Assembly: GCA_949358305.1 (NCBI GenBank)
Contig: OX442314.1
Location: 21,142,001-21,206,000 of the forward strand
DNA length: 64,000 nt
Direction of reading: 5' to 3'
DNA from: Strigamia acuminata
Taxonomy: Eukaryota
The first letter of the stretch is position 1; every line of letters starts with the position of its first letter. Made by a program: the position numbers and the translations under genes. Shown here piece by piece: positions 9,713-23,782 of the stretch. The notes under the pieces are model-generated. The model did not search any database. It was not told the DNA's origin and worked only from the letters and a program-made list of their open reading frames with translations.

Positions 9713-12700
9713 TCAAGGGGCGCTTGCGGTTCTTTTATGTGTATTTTCCTTAGCGTCTGTCTTTTCGCTTCCTGATATGTCATCCTGTTTTTTCACCTCA
9801 AAAGGTAACCGATCAACACACTGAGAATTGTAACTGCAACATATGTGGCCATCCTGAAAAACATAACAATTTACACCATTACAAAATGAAATTTCAAAAG
9901 ACAAAGTAAAGAAAAAGATAAACAATTATATCTCCAGCTTCATGCATCATTTAAAAACCGTCACCGAAAGGGAAGAAAAAGTCTAAAATAGAAAAAGAAA
10001 GAAATAAAATTTGTTCGTAGAAGGGCTCCGCATTTACCCGGGACTAGAACTGCATAAGATGAGACCAAGAAGTCGATTCTGAAATCAGAACTAAAGAGGT
10101 TTCAATACACTCACAGAATTTACATCAACATTATTTTTTTTTTCTAAATCACATAATAACCAAAGTAAATTGGATCACCAACAGAAATGAAATAAAATAA
10201 AATCAACAAAATTAAAAATGCTACAAATTAAGTATACCTTGCACTGACATGTTGTACAGGGATCATGAAGCGCATTCCACTGTTTCCTGCTTCCATAAGT
10301 ATGACCAGAATAAGTGCATCCGCGTTCATCAGGAGACGCAATCGTTTCGTTCAATACCTCGTCCATTGCACACGGGTCGTCGTGGCATCGTAGACAGCAG
10401 TCACCTTCCAACATCATTGGATTGTCACAATTCGGAGGTGGGCATTCCATTTCCCAACAGTCCACCTCACCGTACTAAACAAATAAAAAAAATTTTTTTA
10501 AAAAAATGTTTAAAAATCAATTTAAAAGAAAAACAAACTACGATTAGTCGATTACGTACTAGGCACTCGCAAATCTGACATTGGTAAAGCCAGCGGTCAC
10601 CATTTTGCACGACAGTTGACAAATCTTGTTGAATGCATGTAGTGGATCTGTCGCATTGTGGACAACAAGCAAGGTCCATTAGTGGATCTGTGCAGTTACA
10701 AACTTGACGTTTACAACTAACTACGCCGTTCTGCAAAATAACCAAACAATGTTGTTCAATCGAAACGAACGAATGAATAAACGTCGAGCTTACTAAGCAA
10801 AAACATTGAGAACAAGATTCGTCGGTTGGTGTCCATATTGATCCGTTCGACCTCACATTCCCTTCAAAACTGCAATCTGCTCACACACAAAATAAAAATG
10901 AATACAATTAAATTTGCACTTGCAGTCAAACAATTTTCATTCTTACTTGAGGAACAATTAAAATGGTTTTCACAGCTGCACAGAAATGAGCCGTCCACAT
11001 TCATACATTTAGTTGTCGGATCGCAAGTGTGTAATCCAATCAAACACTCATCCACATCTGCAAATTCAAACCGAAAACTCAAAACGCCACACTTTTTCAA
11101 ACAATAAATTTACTCCATACCTTGGCAGTATAAACCGAAGCTATTATCATTTGCCACACTTTGGTACCCATCACGACATTCACATTGATACCACCCGGCC
11201 ATGTTCACGCACACAGATTTAGGATGACACTGGTGAATTCCAAGAGCACATTCGTCAATATCTAACCAAAAATAAATAATTTAATTAATTTAATTAATTA
11301 ATTATACAATTCTATTTCAACGACGTACCAATTTCACAACTCATCCCCATGTAACCACGTCTGCACGCACACGTAGCTGGAGCTACACACCGACCGCCAT
11401 TTACACATCTCCTGTTACAAACAGCTGAAACAAAACCACAAAAAAAATAAAAATAAATAATCGACTCTCCCTGACATTCCAACTAAACACTTACGTTCGC
11501 AATGGAAGCCATCACCTTCGTATCCCTCCTCGCACACACACTTGTAACTGCCGTCAGTATTAATACAAAGAGCATTTTTATGGCAATCGTGAATTCCCAA
11601 GCTGCATTCATCTTGCTCGGCACAGTTGAACGCATCAATCCGTGTATACCCAGGTAGGCACTCGCACATGTACGAACCCGGTGTATTAACACACCGAGTA
11701 TTACTGTGACAATAATGTCCATCGTGGCCACCACGCCGTTCACATTCATTTACATCTGCAGAGAACAATTTTACTCATTGAAATAACTAAATGAAACGCA
11801 GTTAGTCGTGCGCAACGCACCTTCGCAGTGTTTCCCGTCTCCTTGAAATCCTGGGTTGCATTGACACACAAGACGGGTTCGCAGGTTGTTGCATGTGGCA
11901 TTTTCATGGCAATCGTGTCCTTTGGCACAATAGTCCGTCCCAGGACAAAAGCGACAACACTGATCTGGAACACTGAATTGCTCGTGCTCTGGGCACGATA
12001 GTTTAGGACAAGCCACTTCGGGATCAAGTTTTGTACAGTTCATGCTGCCATCGTGGCATGAGCACACTATGCACTGTTTCACTCGAATTTCTTCGCCATG
12101 GTCGTACAGCGTCTTCTGCAACAGGCACTGCTCTGTCGGAGGAAATTAACATTTATTTCTTTCAAACTTTAACACAAATTTAATACACCTACTCAAGCAG
12201 GTAGGACAACATTCTCCTGGTGTGGCAACAGGGTTTTTGCAGGGGGCTGGGGGACATTGGATTGGGTGGCAACTAACTTCGCCTTTCTAGTAATTAAAAA
12301 AAAAATTGATTTAAATAAAAATAAGTTTTTTTGTTGTTGATTTTTTTAAATTTAAATTTAAATTTAATACCACACAAGTGCAAATATCACAGTCTTGTCG
12401 CCAAGTGACTCCGTCAAGGAATGTGGAGCCATTGATAGTACAACTTCGCCGACAGTCACATTCTTCGACACTAGCTATTCTAAGTTCGGCTTCTTCTAAC
12501 TGTAAATTATTATCATTTTTTTTAACATTTCACGAATTTAGTTTCTATTTATTCTTCTTACCCGTTGTGTTAGTTCCCTAATGTGACTTTCTAAGCTCAT
12601 GACAGACATTTGCAACTGGCGGAATTGACCGCAAGTTGGACACTCTGTAATACCAAAACCAACATTTATTCCTTCACGTTTTATTATAGTTAGTAGCTAA

Positions 12701-15700
12701 AAGTCTCACCCGTATCCAAATGTGGACATTGCATTATGTATCCATGTTCTTTGGCTACTATTTTTACATCCTGCAGCATCCCCTACGATAAAATAAATTG
12801 AAATAAATCAAATGTAAACAAACGTTTCCCTATTTGTAAATTACCTTGAATAAAAAATGCCTAGCATTTCGTTGCCCGACCCACAAGGACAAATTTCGTC
12901 CCGTGAAATTCGAGTCTACGTCGAGAATGACGCGCTCGTAGATCCGCTGGCAGTCGACCAGCAATGATGCGTGATTGCCGCTGATGGTGAGCGCGAGTCG
13001 GTGCCACCTGCCGTCTGCCAATCTGTACGGAAACGTCTCCACAAAAACCGCCGCCTTGTGTGAGTAATGCAGACGAATCTCATTCTTTCGTCCACTACTT
13101 TGCAATTCGAGGAACCTTATTGAAAAAAAAAATTTAGATATAATTTTCCATTTATTTTCCATTTATTAACAAATTACCTATTATTGCCTTGCGAGAAAGC
13201 CACGATGGTTCCCGCATTGTGTTCTTCTTGTTGTAACGTCGCCAGCAGCGTGAATTCGTTGCTTGTTGACAACATTTCGGCCAAGCGTTCGAACACGTTA
13301 TCGCCCAGCCGAACATGCCTCGCCTCGCCTAGAATTAACAACAACAATATTAATAAATGTCATACGCAATCAATTTAATTTATACGGCGATTTTACTTTC
13401 CAATTCCATTTTATAGTGTTATTGAGTATTAATTATTAATTTAACACGTTATTTGGGTTAGTAAAATAACTACTTAAAGCACACTATGCATGTTGTGCGG
13501 ATCGAAATGTAAAGTCCAACGATTTAAGCGCGTTTTAATTGCCATTATATACTCCCTGTGGGAAGAATTTCATTGCAGCCAAATGATGCATAATGAAATT
13601 TACATTTCTAATTAACGAGCAATTTACTTTAAAAACGGTGCACCGGGCAATTAAGCTACTTTCGCGAAAAGCCTCAGAGTATTATTGAAATACTTTAAGC
13701 AGATTTCAAAAGGCAAGACCAAAATAAATAAATAAATAAATATAAAAAAAAAAAAAAAAAAAAAACGCAATCAAATCAATCTCTTCGTTCATTAATTCCG
13801 CGCTAATTAACACCATTAATACCACTTGATCCTCTACTCACCATGTAGTAATATGGCTGGCGAAAAACTGTGTATCCCCGACACAGTCGCCACCCCTTGG
13901 TAGGTTGTGTTAGCCAAATGCAATCCATCAATTAAGTCCACTTGGTACCTCCTTTCAATGTCCAAACCTAAAACTAAACCCAAACAAACAAATTAATCAC
14001 CACGACAATTTCAAACCCATTCAGTCACACAATTACAACACCAACAACAAAAAAGAAAGAGAACTTAATTATCTCAATCTCGACCCCAATTTCTGCCTCG
14101 CACCCTTAAAAGACCCCCTCCTTCTTTCATGCTTGGCGTAACTGCAAGCCACACACAAGAAAAGTCAATCAATAAAAAGGGAGAGCAGAGCTACAAAGGT
14201 TGGATGAAGTCATTTCGGCGGGAAATATAGGTGCGAGACTCAAGATTAAATTCTGCTCGACCAGCCAGCTGTGTAATTAAGACTCACATAAGGTGGCTTT
14301 GACCCAATTATGTACACTAGAATAGCGACATACACAATGTGCGAAACTAAGTTTAATGGTTATTTCCAGTGACTAATCACTAATCAGTAATCTCATTGCA
14401 TTGCCACAATGGATTTTCACACTCTTTTTTCTTATTTAACTGTCAGATTACTTCTGCCAAACTTTGGACACTGATTGTGATTGGCAATGTCGCACTTCTG
14501 GCTGAGTACTTCTTTAGTCTTGCTGGAATATGAAACTTCCCTCAATTTAAAACTTCAACTACTTCAAAGTTTAGTTCAAGTTTTTATTGTCACAGCTAAA
14601 AATATAGGTCAGGCTTTAGTGTAGCACTAACAAAACAAATTGGTTTAGAGTGAATTTGCTACATTCAAGTTGAACATTATGGTTGTTTACAAGTGTGTAA
14701 TGTGTAATCTCTGTTGCTATCTTTGTTGATGTGTCTATTCAATTTGTTCTGCTTTTCCCCCTTTTTTAAAACACATGTTTTTAGTAACGTAGCAACCAGT
14801 TCTCACTTTAAAATAACTCGCAGTAATTTAAATTTATGCTTTCGTTCTTAATAATCAATCAACACAACAAATATTTACTGACGTCAAAGGCAATAAGGAA
14901 TCTATCAAACCACTAAAACTGGTAACCAGGTAGCAAACCCAAGAAAAACAAAAGACTAATGAGGAAATGTATATGTGTGTCAAACAAAATAATCCATCCA
15001 TCAGAAAACAAATAAATATTTTATTTCAGTGCTAATCACTTGATTAATGGAGTTGATAAATAATTTAAACCTAATCAGGTAAATTAACTACACTTAGTCA
15101 GTGAATAAATAAGCCTTTAAGTTTACAGTAGGCCTAGTTCTAAAGAAAAAAAAATTTGAATTTCCTTTTTCCATTTGTCTTTCATTATTAATTCAGAGAA
15201 ACTAATTGCAAACACGGAATTTCCAGACCAAGTTTGAATGAAGGTTATGAAAGATAAATTCAACTAAATTAGTAATTACAATTCGCCGCCTTTAATTAAT
15301 ATTAAGTAAACACTTTAATTCATCATTTCACAATTTAAAAAAAAAAAAATATGTTTATACTTTTTCTAGGTTTACTCTACTCTTTAAAGAATGACAGATG
15401 ATCAAATAGGTATAAGTGGGTGTGTCTACAGGACATCATTAAAGTAACAGATGAGCGTCTGCTGTGTGCATTTGCACTTTATCATTAATTTCTTTACGGA
15501 TACCACAGTGAGAAAACCCAACTAAAAAAAGGCAACCATCGCTTGCCTAAATTAAAACGCAGACTTCCTACTGCATGTCCCAATTCACACGGACAGAAGA
15601 TACCATTTGGAATTCCCAAAAAAAAAAAATTTTTTTTTTTTTAAATTTATATAATAAAAAGATGCCAATTTTCCCATCATTAAGAACGCGACATTATAAT

Positions 15701-18700
15701 AAATCGAATACTTTTCCATCCTAAATATAAAATCACAATTCAGGACTCATGACTAATCATCCCACCCTTATAACCTTGCAGATCAATACAAAACTACAAC
15801 AACCCATAATCATTATCCCACAATTCCAGGTATGATTGCGCAGCATTGTAACATTTATCCAGCTAATTAGCGTCTCATTGACCTTAGATGGCTCCCTATT
15901 TAAAATGAAATCAATAACTACATTGGTAGTTCATTTCTCCTGTCTCGTGCTCAAACCGTAGCACACCCGTTACAGTCGGTCACAGCACGAGTGTCACGTG
16001 ATAACGCGTGCGTGCACAGATTGATTCATATACAAATGCCCTCATCACGCAACAGACGAAAAGGCATAAAGATTTTATTAATGGAAACGACTTTCCCCTC
16101 CCATTGGGCTGTACCCCTGAAAAATTAAAGTGTTTCTTTTCCAGTCTTGAATAGAAAAAAATGTAACAATAATAGAATCCATTCAAAGTCGTAAATATAG
16201 ATCAACTAAATTGGGTTTTAATTCAATAATACTTTGATATAAATACATTTTTTTTCTTTAAAAAAAATATTTAATATTGTTACACAATTTTTTGAATTAA
16301 TATTTTTATCTTTATAAATCTTTTTTTATTTGGGAAAAAAATTCGAGTCATGGTTGACTAACCCTTATCCCGAAGCCTAAATCGGGGTAAAGTAGACATC
16401 GATTGAAGCACTCGCTTCTTGTTTCCACTACACTGTCTCCTTTTTGGCGAATCAAAATTCAGATGACGACCCGAGAATATAGTCAGAAGGGCGGCTTCAC
16501 TGTACAGCACGCACAACATTTTTGAGATGAACATGCATTGCACAAATTTCTAGTCTCATTTGTACATAAATAATGGAAATAAAAACTTCCTTCGAGTTAA
16601 ATTAGCACAACTAGTTGATCGTTATAAAATTGCATGTCGTTTCCACGAAATAGGAAAATGTTTTTCTTTTTTTATTGCGGTATTGTGTATGCCAATTTTT
16701 TTTTCTTTTTTTAAGTTTTCTATTAATTCATTTATAAATATAGTGCCCATTGTACTTATAACTAGATGTCAAAATCAATTTCGGTGTTAAACCGCCTTAA
16801 GAAAATGACTTATTGACAAAACCAGGCCTGAAATGAGAATATTTTTTAAATTTTTCTTATTTATTTATTTTTTGCAAAAAAAGAGGTGTGAAAAGCATTT
16901 TTTTTTTTATCTTTTCACTGTTTCAACAGAACCATATCATTACACTTTCATCAATTTCCATAAATAATAAATTGCCATCAATTCACCATTCTGCCAACAG
17001 ATGCCACTTTACATGTCTTGCAATGAAGAAAATAAAATGTGGTAGCACTAGCAATTGATTTCAATTCACTAAAATTTAATAAACAGCATTCCAAAATTGT
17101 TCTCAATTTATTTCTCAAACAACAAACATAATTTTATAATGACAATAATAACATGTAAATTCTTCTCACGTCTCATCAGATAGGAAACCACCACACGATA
17201 AATGCTTCACTGCATATTCTAATGTATGACAGTAAAGCATCCAATTTTGCGGGCAATAAAAATTGCGCCGATGTTAATACAGCGACAACACTTCATTTCA
17301 TCCCATCTACTGTCAACAATACTCTCATGGACGACATCCAATAATTAAAAATGAAAATCTTGAAAGTTTAAGACAAAAAGAAAAGATGTATTGATTTCTT
17401 AGTGTTCCGTAAATATCCTGACCTACATTTCAGCTAAGAGAATTTATCAAAAATGAATAAATACATAAAAAAAACGGCATAAATTTCCGAAATCCAATAA
17501 CCATAAACCATTTATTTATTTATTCAGCTTGCTTAAATTTCTAATGCAAATAATAATTACACAAAAAAATTCTATATAAATATTTACAATCCTTTTTTGT
17601 TACGAACACAAAAAAGTGTAAATTAGAAAATATTTTCTGCAAAAAAATTTCCAAAATAACATCGCTTTTTAATCATTTAAAAAAAAAATTAAATTTCTTT
17701 TAATCGCACATAGCTGTAGTTCATTTAGCCAATGCTATATAAAACAATAAGCACAATCTTACTATACGAAACAAAGACATGTCTGCTATTTCTAGAGTCC
17801 AGCCAATCAATATTCCGTTGCCCTTGGTAACAGCACAAGTAACAAACTCGGTACTTTGTTAGAATGAGCAACTTTACTTACCAAAACAAAAAAAAAACCA
17901 AAAAAAGAAAAACCATGAAAACTTTCACACACTGCACACACAATGGCCATTAACATTTATTTTTGTTTTCCGTAAATACAAATTTTATCAGTGTTTTGTA
18001 TCTCCTTCCGCATATTGAGTGACCGGTGGTCAACGGTATTGTCACGCGAACCCCAGGGGTATTCAATGTTTGCCTATTGATCGCAATTGACGTCATATTT
18101 TGTTTTTCCTAACTGTGTTTACTGGGAAGTGTTTTGGGAAATGAAGGTGGAAGAATGAAAGAAAAAGCTCGATGTAAATAAAGTAGTTTGCACACAATTT
18201 AATGGACATTACTGCCAATGATTTTGCACAAATCCCTCATATTCCGCGCCTTATTGGCTATAATTTTGCGTAACTGTTGTGTATTGGTGATTACGGTGTC
18301 ATTGGTGCTCGTAAAACCAGAACATGAACTGTGATTTGTACAACTAAATCAGTCAATTGACTTTTCATATTTAATTCAGTTTAACCACACAGGGCTCCAT
18401 CAAATTTCGCATTTTAATTCAAGGCTGCATCGTGACATCTAAACCACTTAGGTTGATCGATTGAATAATAAAAATGAAGCTTTATTCCTCAAAAGTAAAT
18501 CTCAATCGCTTGATAAAGCAAGCAGAACGACCTTCGATGTTTTGACGGGGATAAAAATGTCCGCCATTATTACAAACCGATTAAACAAATCGCTCATATA
18601 TTTGCTCTTTTTTTTGGAACATTTCTAGAAATGCCAGAGTTCAGTGGTTTTGAAATTAACATTTGTTTAATACGCGAAATGCAAAGCAAGTAAAGTTGAT

Positions 18701-21700
18701 TTAATGTTCAGTTCCAATGACTTTGTTTTCATTATTTTCTTTTTCTATTTGATTTGATTTAAAGCAACGCAATAGATTAATCCCGCGAAGTTGATTTATT
18801 TCACTTGTCAACGCCGTTGAAACTGGGAGAAACAATATCAGAAACAACATCAGAAAGTCGATTTTTTTTTTTTAAAAAGAGAAGAGACGTTTCCGAGCCG
18901 ACAATGCGACAACATTTGCAAGGCCGACAGACACGATAAAAGCCAGTCGACCAAGTCGACCTCCCCGTCTTATTCTTCTAAAGTGGTTCGTCTATTTGTT
19001 TCGAGTTTCCATCACAGAAAATTTGTCCATTCTTCCACATTTTCGTTTTTGTTTATTCCCAAATTAACATCTTCCTAGCATTTTTTAAATTAAAATTAAG
19101 CGAATTTATTTCTTTTCGCACCACGTTGCACTAAGATTCGAAGAATGAAGATATTTTCGTCCCACTATACAATGCTAGCGAAGCAACAAAGGGCAAATCT
19201 ACAGTTAATCAACGATGAGGCGAGTTGTAGAATCACCTCATTGAAAACAATGAGATGAGTTGTAGAATCACCTCATTGAATGACGCAAAATTTGAATGAA
19301 AAATTCAATGCAATTCTTATCGATTCTGTAACAGAGACCTATTAACAATACTTTCAATGGAAAATATGGAGCATAGAGAAAATCACCTCACTAATTACTC
19401 AGGATTTTCCTGAAAGCCATTTCCATTATACGAAAAACTCTATTAATACATTATCGATTCAAAGCATGTAATCTATTAGATTCATCGATATAAACATTTT
19501 TATTTACTATCTATTACTGTAAGAAATGTAAAATCGAAATTGAATTATTTACAAACTGCAGCTTTTGTAGCATAATCGCTAACAGATTTAAAATACAATA
19601 CAAACACATACTAATTGTAATATTAATACGCATATAGCTTGTTGAAATAATGAGGATAAACAACATGGACTCCATCTGGAACAGGTGGCAAGAATGCACC
19701 AAAGCATGTCCACAATAAGGGACAATCTCCTAATCGCTGTATTTTCATTAAAAACAACGCATACTAGTGGCCATCTGGTGGCTCAACAATAAATTTACCT
19801 ACAAACAACTTGTTATTTGAACAGTTACTAGACTCACCAAGAACTAACGGTAACGATAACTAGACTTACTAAGAAGTATAATGATAACGGTAACTAGATA
19901 CCAAATTGCAGTTAATGCGTGCAACCTGATTGTCTGCAGTTTCCAATCAATTGCAAATTGCAAACTCATCACTAATTTCCATTGTGGTGGGCAAATTGGC
20001 ATGAATTTTATCACTACTTGTCATCGGTTGTCACGCTATGTAATAGCAAAATGCAATCTCTAGATATATCCATTAGATATACTATATATCCCTTTGAATA
20101 TTTTTAAATTTTTTGAATGAATAGGAAAAGAAAAGAATTGCGAAGGAAGGGGAAGCGAGGAAATATTTTCTAGTTTATTGTGTACAAACCCACTTAAGAG
20201 CTTATCTAAAGTCTACAGTCTAATATCAATGTACTGTACAATAATTAATGCATCAGGCCACAATTTCAATTCACAGCCAACTAAGGGTGTATGAAACAGG
20301 CATATATAACGTCACTGGCTTTTTATCACGGAACCTCAAAATAGAAAAAAAAGTGCATTGAGTTGCTAAGGAAAGTGAATATGAAAGTTTGTTGGTGGTC
20401 GAAGAGCCCTAATCTGACCTCGACTGCCCGCCACACACAAACAACATGCATCAATCAGACAAGTTCCGTCGTCTATTTCATTTTAGGGAGAAAATTTTAA
20501 GAAAAAATAAATTTCTGCTAATTATCAACGGAAAAAATGGTGAAATAATCGAAATAAATTAAAGAATATTTTTGTTTCTCATTAAAATTCATTAAACTTC
20601 TTCATTTAAATCAGTTAAACCTGCTTTTTAGACAATTAAAATTCGGTATAAACCACTTAAAATCACTTTTTAAATAATTATAAATCAATTTTTACAATTT
20701 AAATTTAAATTAAACATTCAAATATTTCATTTTAAACAATTCAAATATTTGTTTTCAACTAAATTTCTATTTTATCAATTCAAATGTAATTTCCAATATC
20801 AAAATCAAACCATTAATAATTAATTATCCGGATTTATAAATTTAAATACACCGATTTAATGGGTACGCTTTAATATCGCGTTTCTTTCCGCCACTTGGTG
20901 TTCCCATAGACGCAAAAAAAATCAGCCAAGGTCAAGTTCAATGGAAAAATCTTTATTAAAAACTCGAGAAAACCCACTGAGGAATGCACCAGATAAGACA
21001 TAGTGCTTGGGGGGTCCGCATTCGCTCTGATCTACAGGACAAGAGGCGGTTGCCATGGATACAGGATGAAGATAAAGATGAACTCCACGACTCAAACCCT
21101 CGAGAAATTAATCGATATTATATCAACAGCAATCGCCACAAACCAACGACCGTTATTTTACCCCAGGGACAATTTTTCCCCCGGCCCCTCCTCCAGAGCA
21201 CCTATTAACTGACCCCACCCCACTCATCCCTCCTTGGGCCAGGTGGTTTATTGTCACCAGTTGATGCCGAGTTCCCGGATGACGTTTGAACAATATTCGG
21301 ATCATTTCCTGTTGCGTCACAATGTCTCCTTACATCAGAAACTGGACGACTTCCGGCTTAAACATCAGCTGATATGATTGTTTCCTCACAAGATGCCCAG
21401 GTGTTCTTCACTCGTCACTCGAGGCACCGCAAACCAATCAGACAGGAAGTTCTACATTGTTTTCCTTTGTAATTGTGATTTTAATTGATTTTAATGATTC
21501 GAAACAAAAATATTTTTTTTTTATTTCAAATCATTAAATTTTCCAATTTCCAGGAAAAAGAGAGAAAGAAAAAAAGGTAATAAACCAAATATAATAATAA
21601 ATTACTAAACGAGGAAATAAAAAGTCTAGACAAAACCAGGAAACAATTTCCCCACCCCCATTCAATTTGACCCACACGAATAAAGCGAGCGCTTAAAATT

Positions 21701-22613
21701 TTCCAACTAATATTCATTATAATGGGTAAAAAGCTAAAAGCTAAAACCCTCCCCTACATAGTTATCTCGTACCACAGATACACATCTAGCCTGAAATAAT
21801 TGACCCTTTATGACATCACAAGGAAGGAGAGAGGGGATGTTAGGCGCGTGCCATACCACCTGTTCTCGGGGGTACACTGCCCTATAACAGCTGTCAGGTA
21901 ACTTGCCGGTTTATCGAGAACTAAAAACAATACAGCGTATTACCGCTTCCTATTTTCTTAAATACACTATTATTTATTTACTTATTACCCGTAAAACATG
22001 GAAATAACACTTGTGCACTTTATTTTATACGAAAAATATCATTCAAATATCGATTATAAATCGATAAAATGTGAAAATTCTGCAAAAATAACAATTTTCG
22101 TCGTGTATAAATACGAAATTATATTGATTTTCTATTCGATTCGATTGAATAAAGCTCCATTTTGGTTAAATACAGATAAAGTGCGACTTGTCAGACAAAA
22201 CCCCCGCAATAAAACATCATTTATTTCATTTTTTTTTACTAGCTCAACGCCTAAAACACAACATTTATTGTCTTTAGCCACAACAATATCAATAAATGCA
22301 TGTCCCTATAATAAATATAGCAGCAATGAATTATTCCATCCATTTTTACAACCCATATTTTATTTATCTCATCACTCCATATAAAAACTACCAATTTAAT
22401 TACCCATTAAAAGCCTTTCACCCCATCAATCCAAAAAACTAAAACTAAAAAACACAAAAAGGACGATCCTCGCAATCCATTCCGATTCACCTCCTCATGG
22501 CGCATCGAACCACGTGGAGCCGAGCCGGTTCTAGTCTACGATCCCCGTATCAGACCGAGCCACCACTTGGTTTCCCAAAACCGCTTCATTTCAAAAAAAA
22601 AAAATAAATAAAT

Positions 22614-22644
<31 letters not shown>

Positions 22645-23141
22645 TCTCAGTTCTCGCATAAACATTCCCATTGAAATCATCACAAACGTAAACAAGTAAT
22701 GCCAACCAACCTCTAATAAAAGCGCATTCACCGGCACACAAAACCAGAAGCCGGTCTGAGCACAAGAAATAAAACAAAGCCCCCACACCCCCAATTAACC
22801 CCCACAAATGATTCCCCCGAATCAAAAAACAAATTATTCCCACTCCTCACCCCAGCAGACAACCTAAACCCAAATAATTTACCCTTAACCCACCATAAAA
22901 TCGCCAACTGCAATGCAGTGCTTACCCTATGCACAAGCAAACACTCCTCACCTACAATACCATTAAAAATGCTTGAATTAACCCTTTGAAATATGAGTTT
23001 GAAAAAAGCCCTACTGCAATGCAGTCAAAGCCCTATTAACCCCTTGTTGCAAAAAATTGAAAAGTTGGATAGAAAATGCATTTCCTTACCTGTTCTCACA
23101 TAGATAATATCCACTATAAAGGCATAGAGTAACATGTGCAT
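9713..23141 (-). CDS. NELL: NELL (NEL-like / PKC-binding protein NELL1/2 family): signal peptide, TSPN/LamG, coiled coil, VWC and cbEGF repeats
   Basis: Exon 1 (23141-23090) [17 protein letters not shown] joins across a 9.1-kb intron to [24 protein letters not shown]... Further motifs: Lam[18 protein letters not shown]...[56 protein letters not shown] repeats; last exon [12 protein letters not shown]...ASAP*. Confidence 0.93.
10038..10078 (-). other. Candidate 41-nt frameshifting cassette exon of NELL
   Basis: ctctttagttctgatttcag|AATCGACTTCTTGGTCTCATCTTATGCAGTTCTAGTCCCGG|gtaaat, inside an unusually long (384-nt) last intron; inclusion gives an open hydrophobic C-terminus. Confidence 0.6.
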
Positions 23142-23346
23142 GGTTGTACGGATAGCAAAGGGCCGTAGGGCCCTAATGAGCTCATCGAGTGCCCCAGGGA
23201 TGCCCCAGGGGTTACCGCCGCAGGGGTCCGTTGCCAAAGGGTCTCGGCTCGTGCATCGTGACTCGAGGCTCTGGTCTCGATAGGCACCGGGAACGCGAGT
23301 GACGTGAGCTCGCTTGTGTTGGAACCACCCCAATGGCTTTTGGGTG

Positions 23347-23782
23347 GGAGGCGGGCGGGGGAGAATCGGTTGAGTGACGTCAGTGATCACGTGGCGACAG
23401 TACAAGTGGTGTGTGGGATGTTGATGACCTGAACACTTTTATTCGTGGTTTTTTCATACCGAGGGGGGTTCAAGGGTCACTTGTTGAAAGGAGCTGAAGG
23501 GGCAATTCATGGCGGAAGGTAAAATGAATGAAATTTAAAAATAAATTTAAATTAAATTAATTTTTGAATTTTGAATTTTTTTTTATTCATTATTATTAAT
23601 GTTATTACGTGTCTGTAAATGTGTTTCTTGATTTTACGCACATTTTCAGGTTTTAAAAATCTGATTTATTGCGTTTTACTTCAGATTTGTTCATATTTGA
23701 TTTGATAATTCGATCATTTGTGAAATTGTGCTTAGCAGTGAAGCACCTTGGCGGGCGGAGAATGTGGTGTTGCTATAGCAAC
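23347..23782. promoter_or_regulatory. GC-rich NELL promoter region: GC box, CRE, E-box, perfect X-box
   Basis: ggaggcgggcggggg 23347; TGACGTCA 23375-23382; CACGTG 23388-23393; palindromic GTTGCTATAGCAAC 23769-23782; all upstream of the NELL ATG. Confidence 0.45.

Noticed and set aside
9965..9982. Second possible NELL micro-exon (18 nt, ttttag|...|gtgacg)
   Set aside because: Weak donor and frame-neutral; cannot be supported without transcript data
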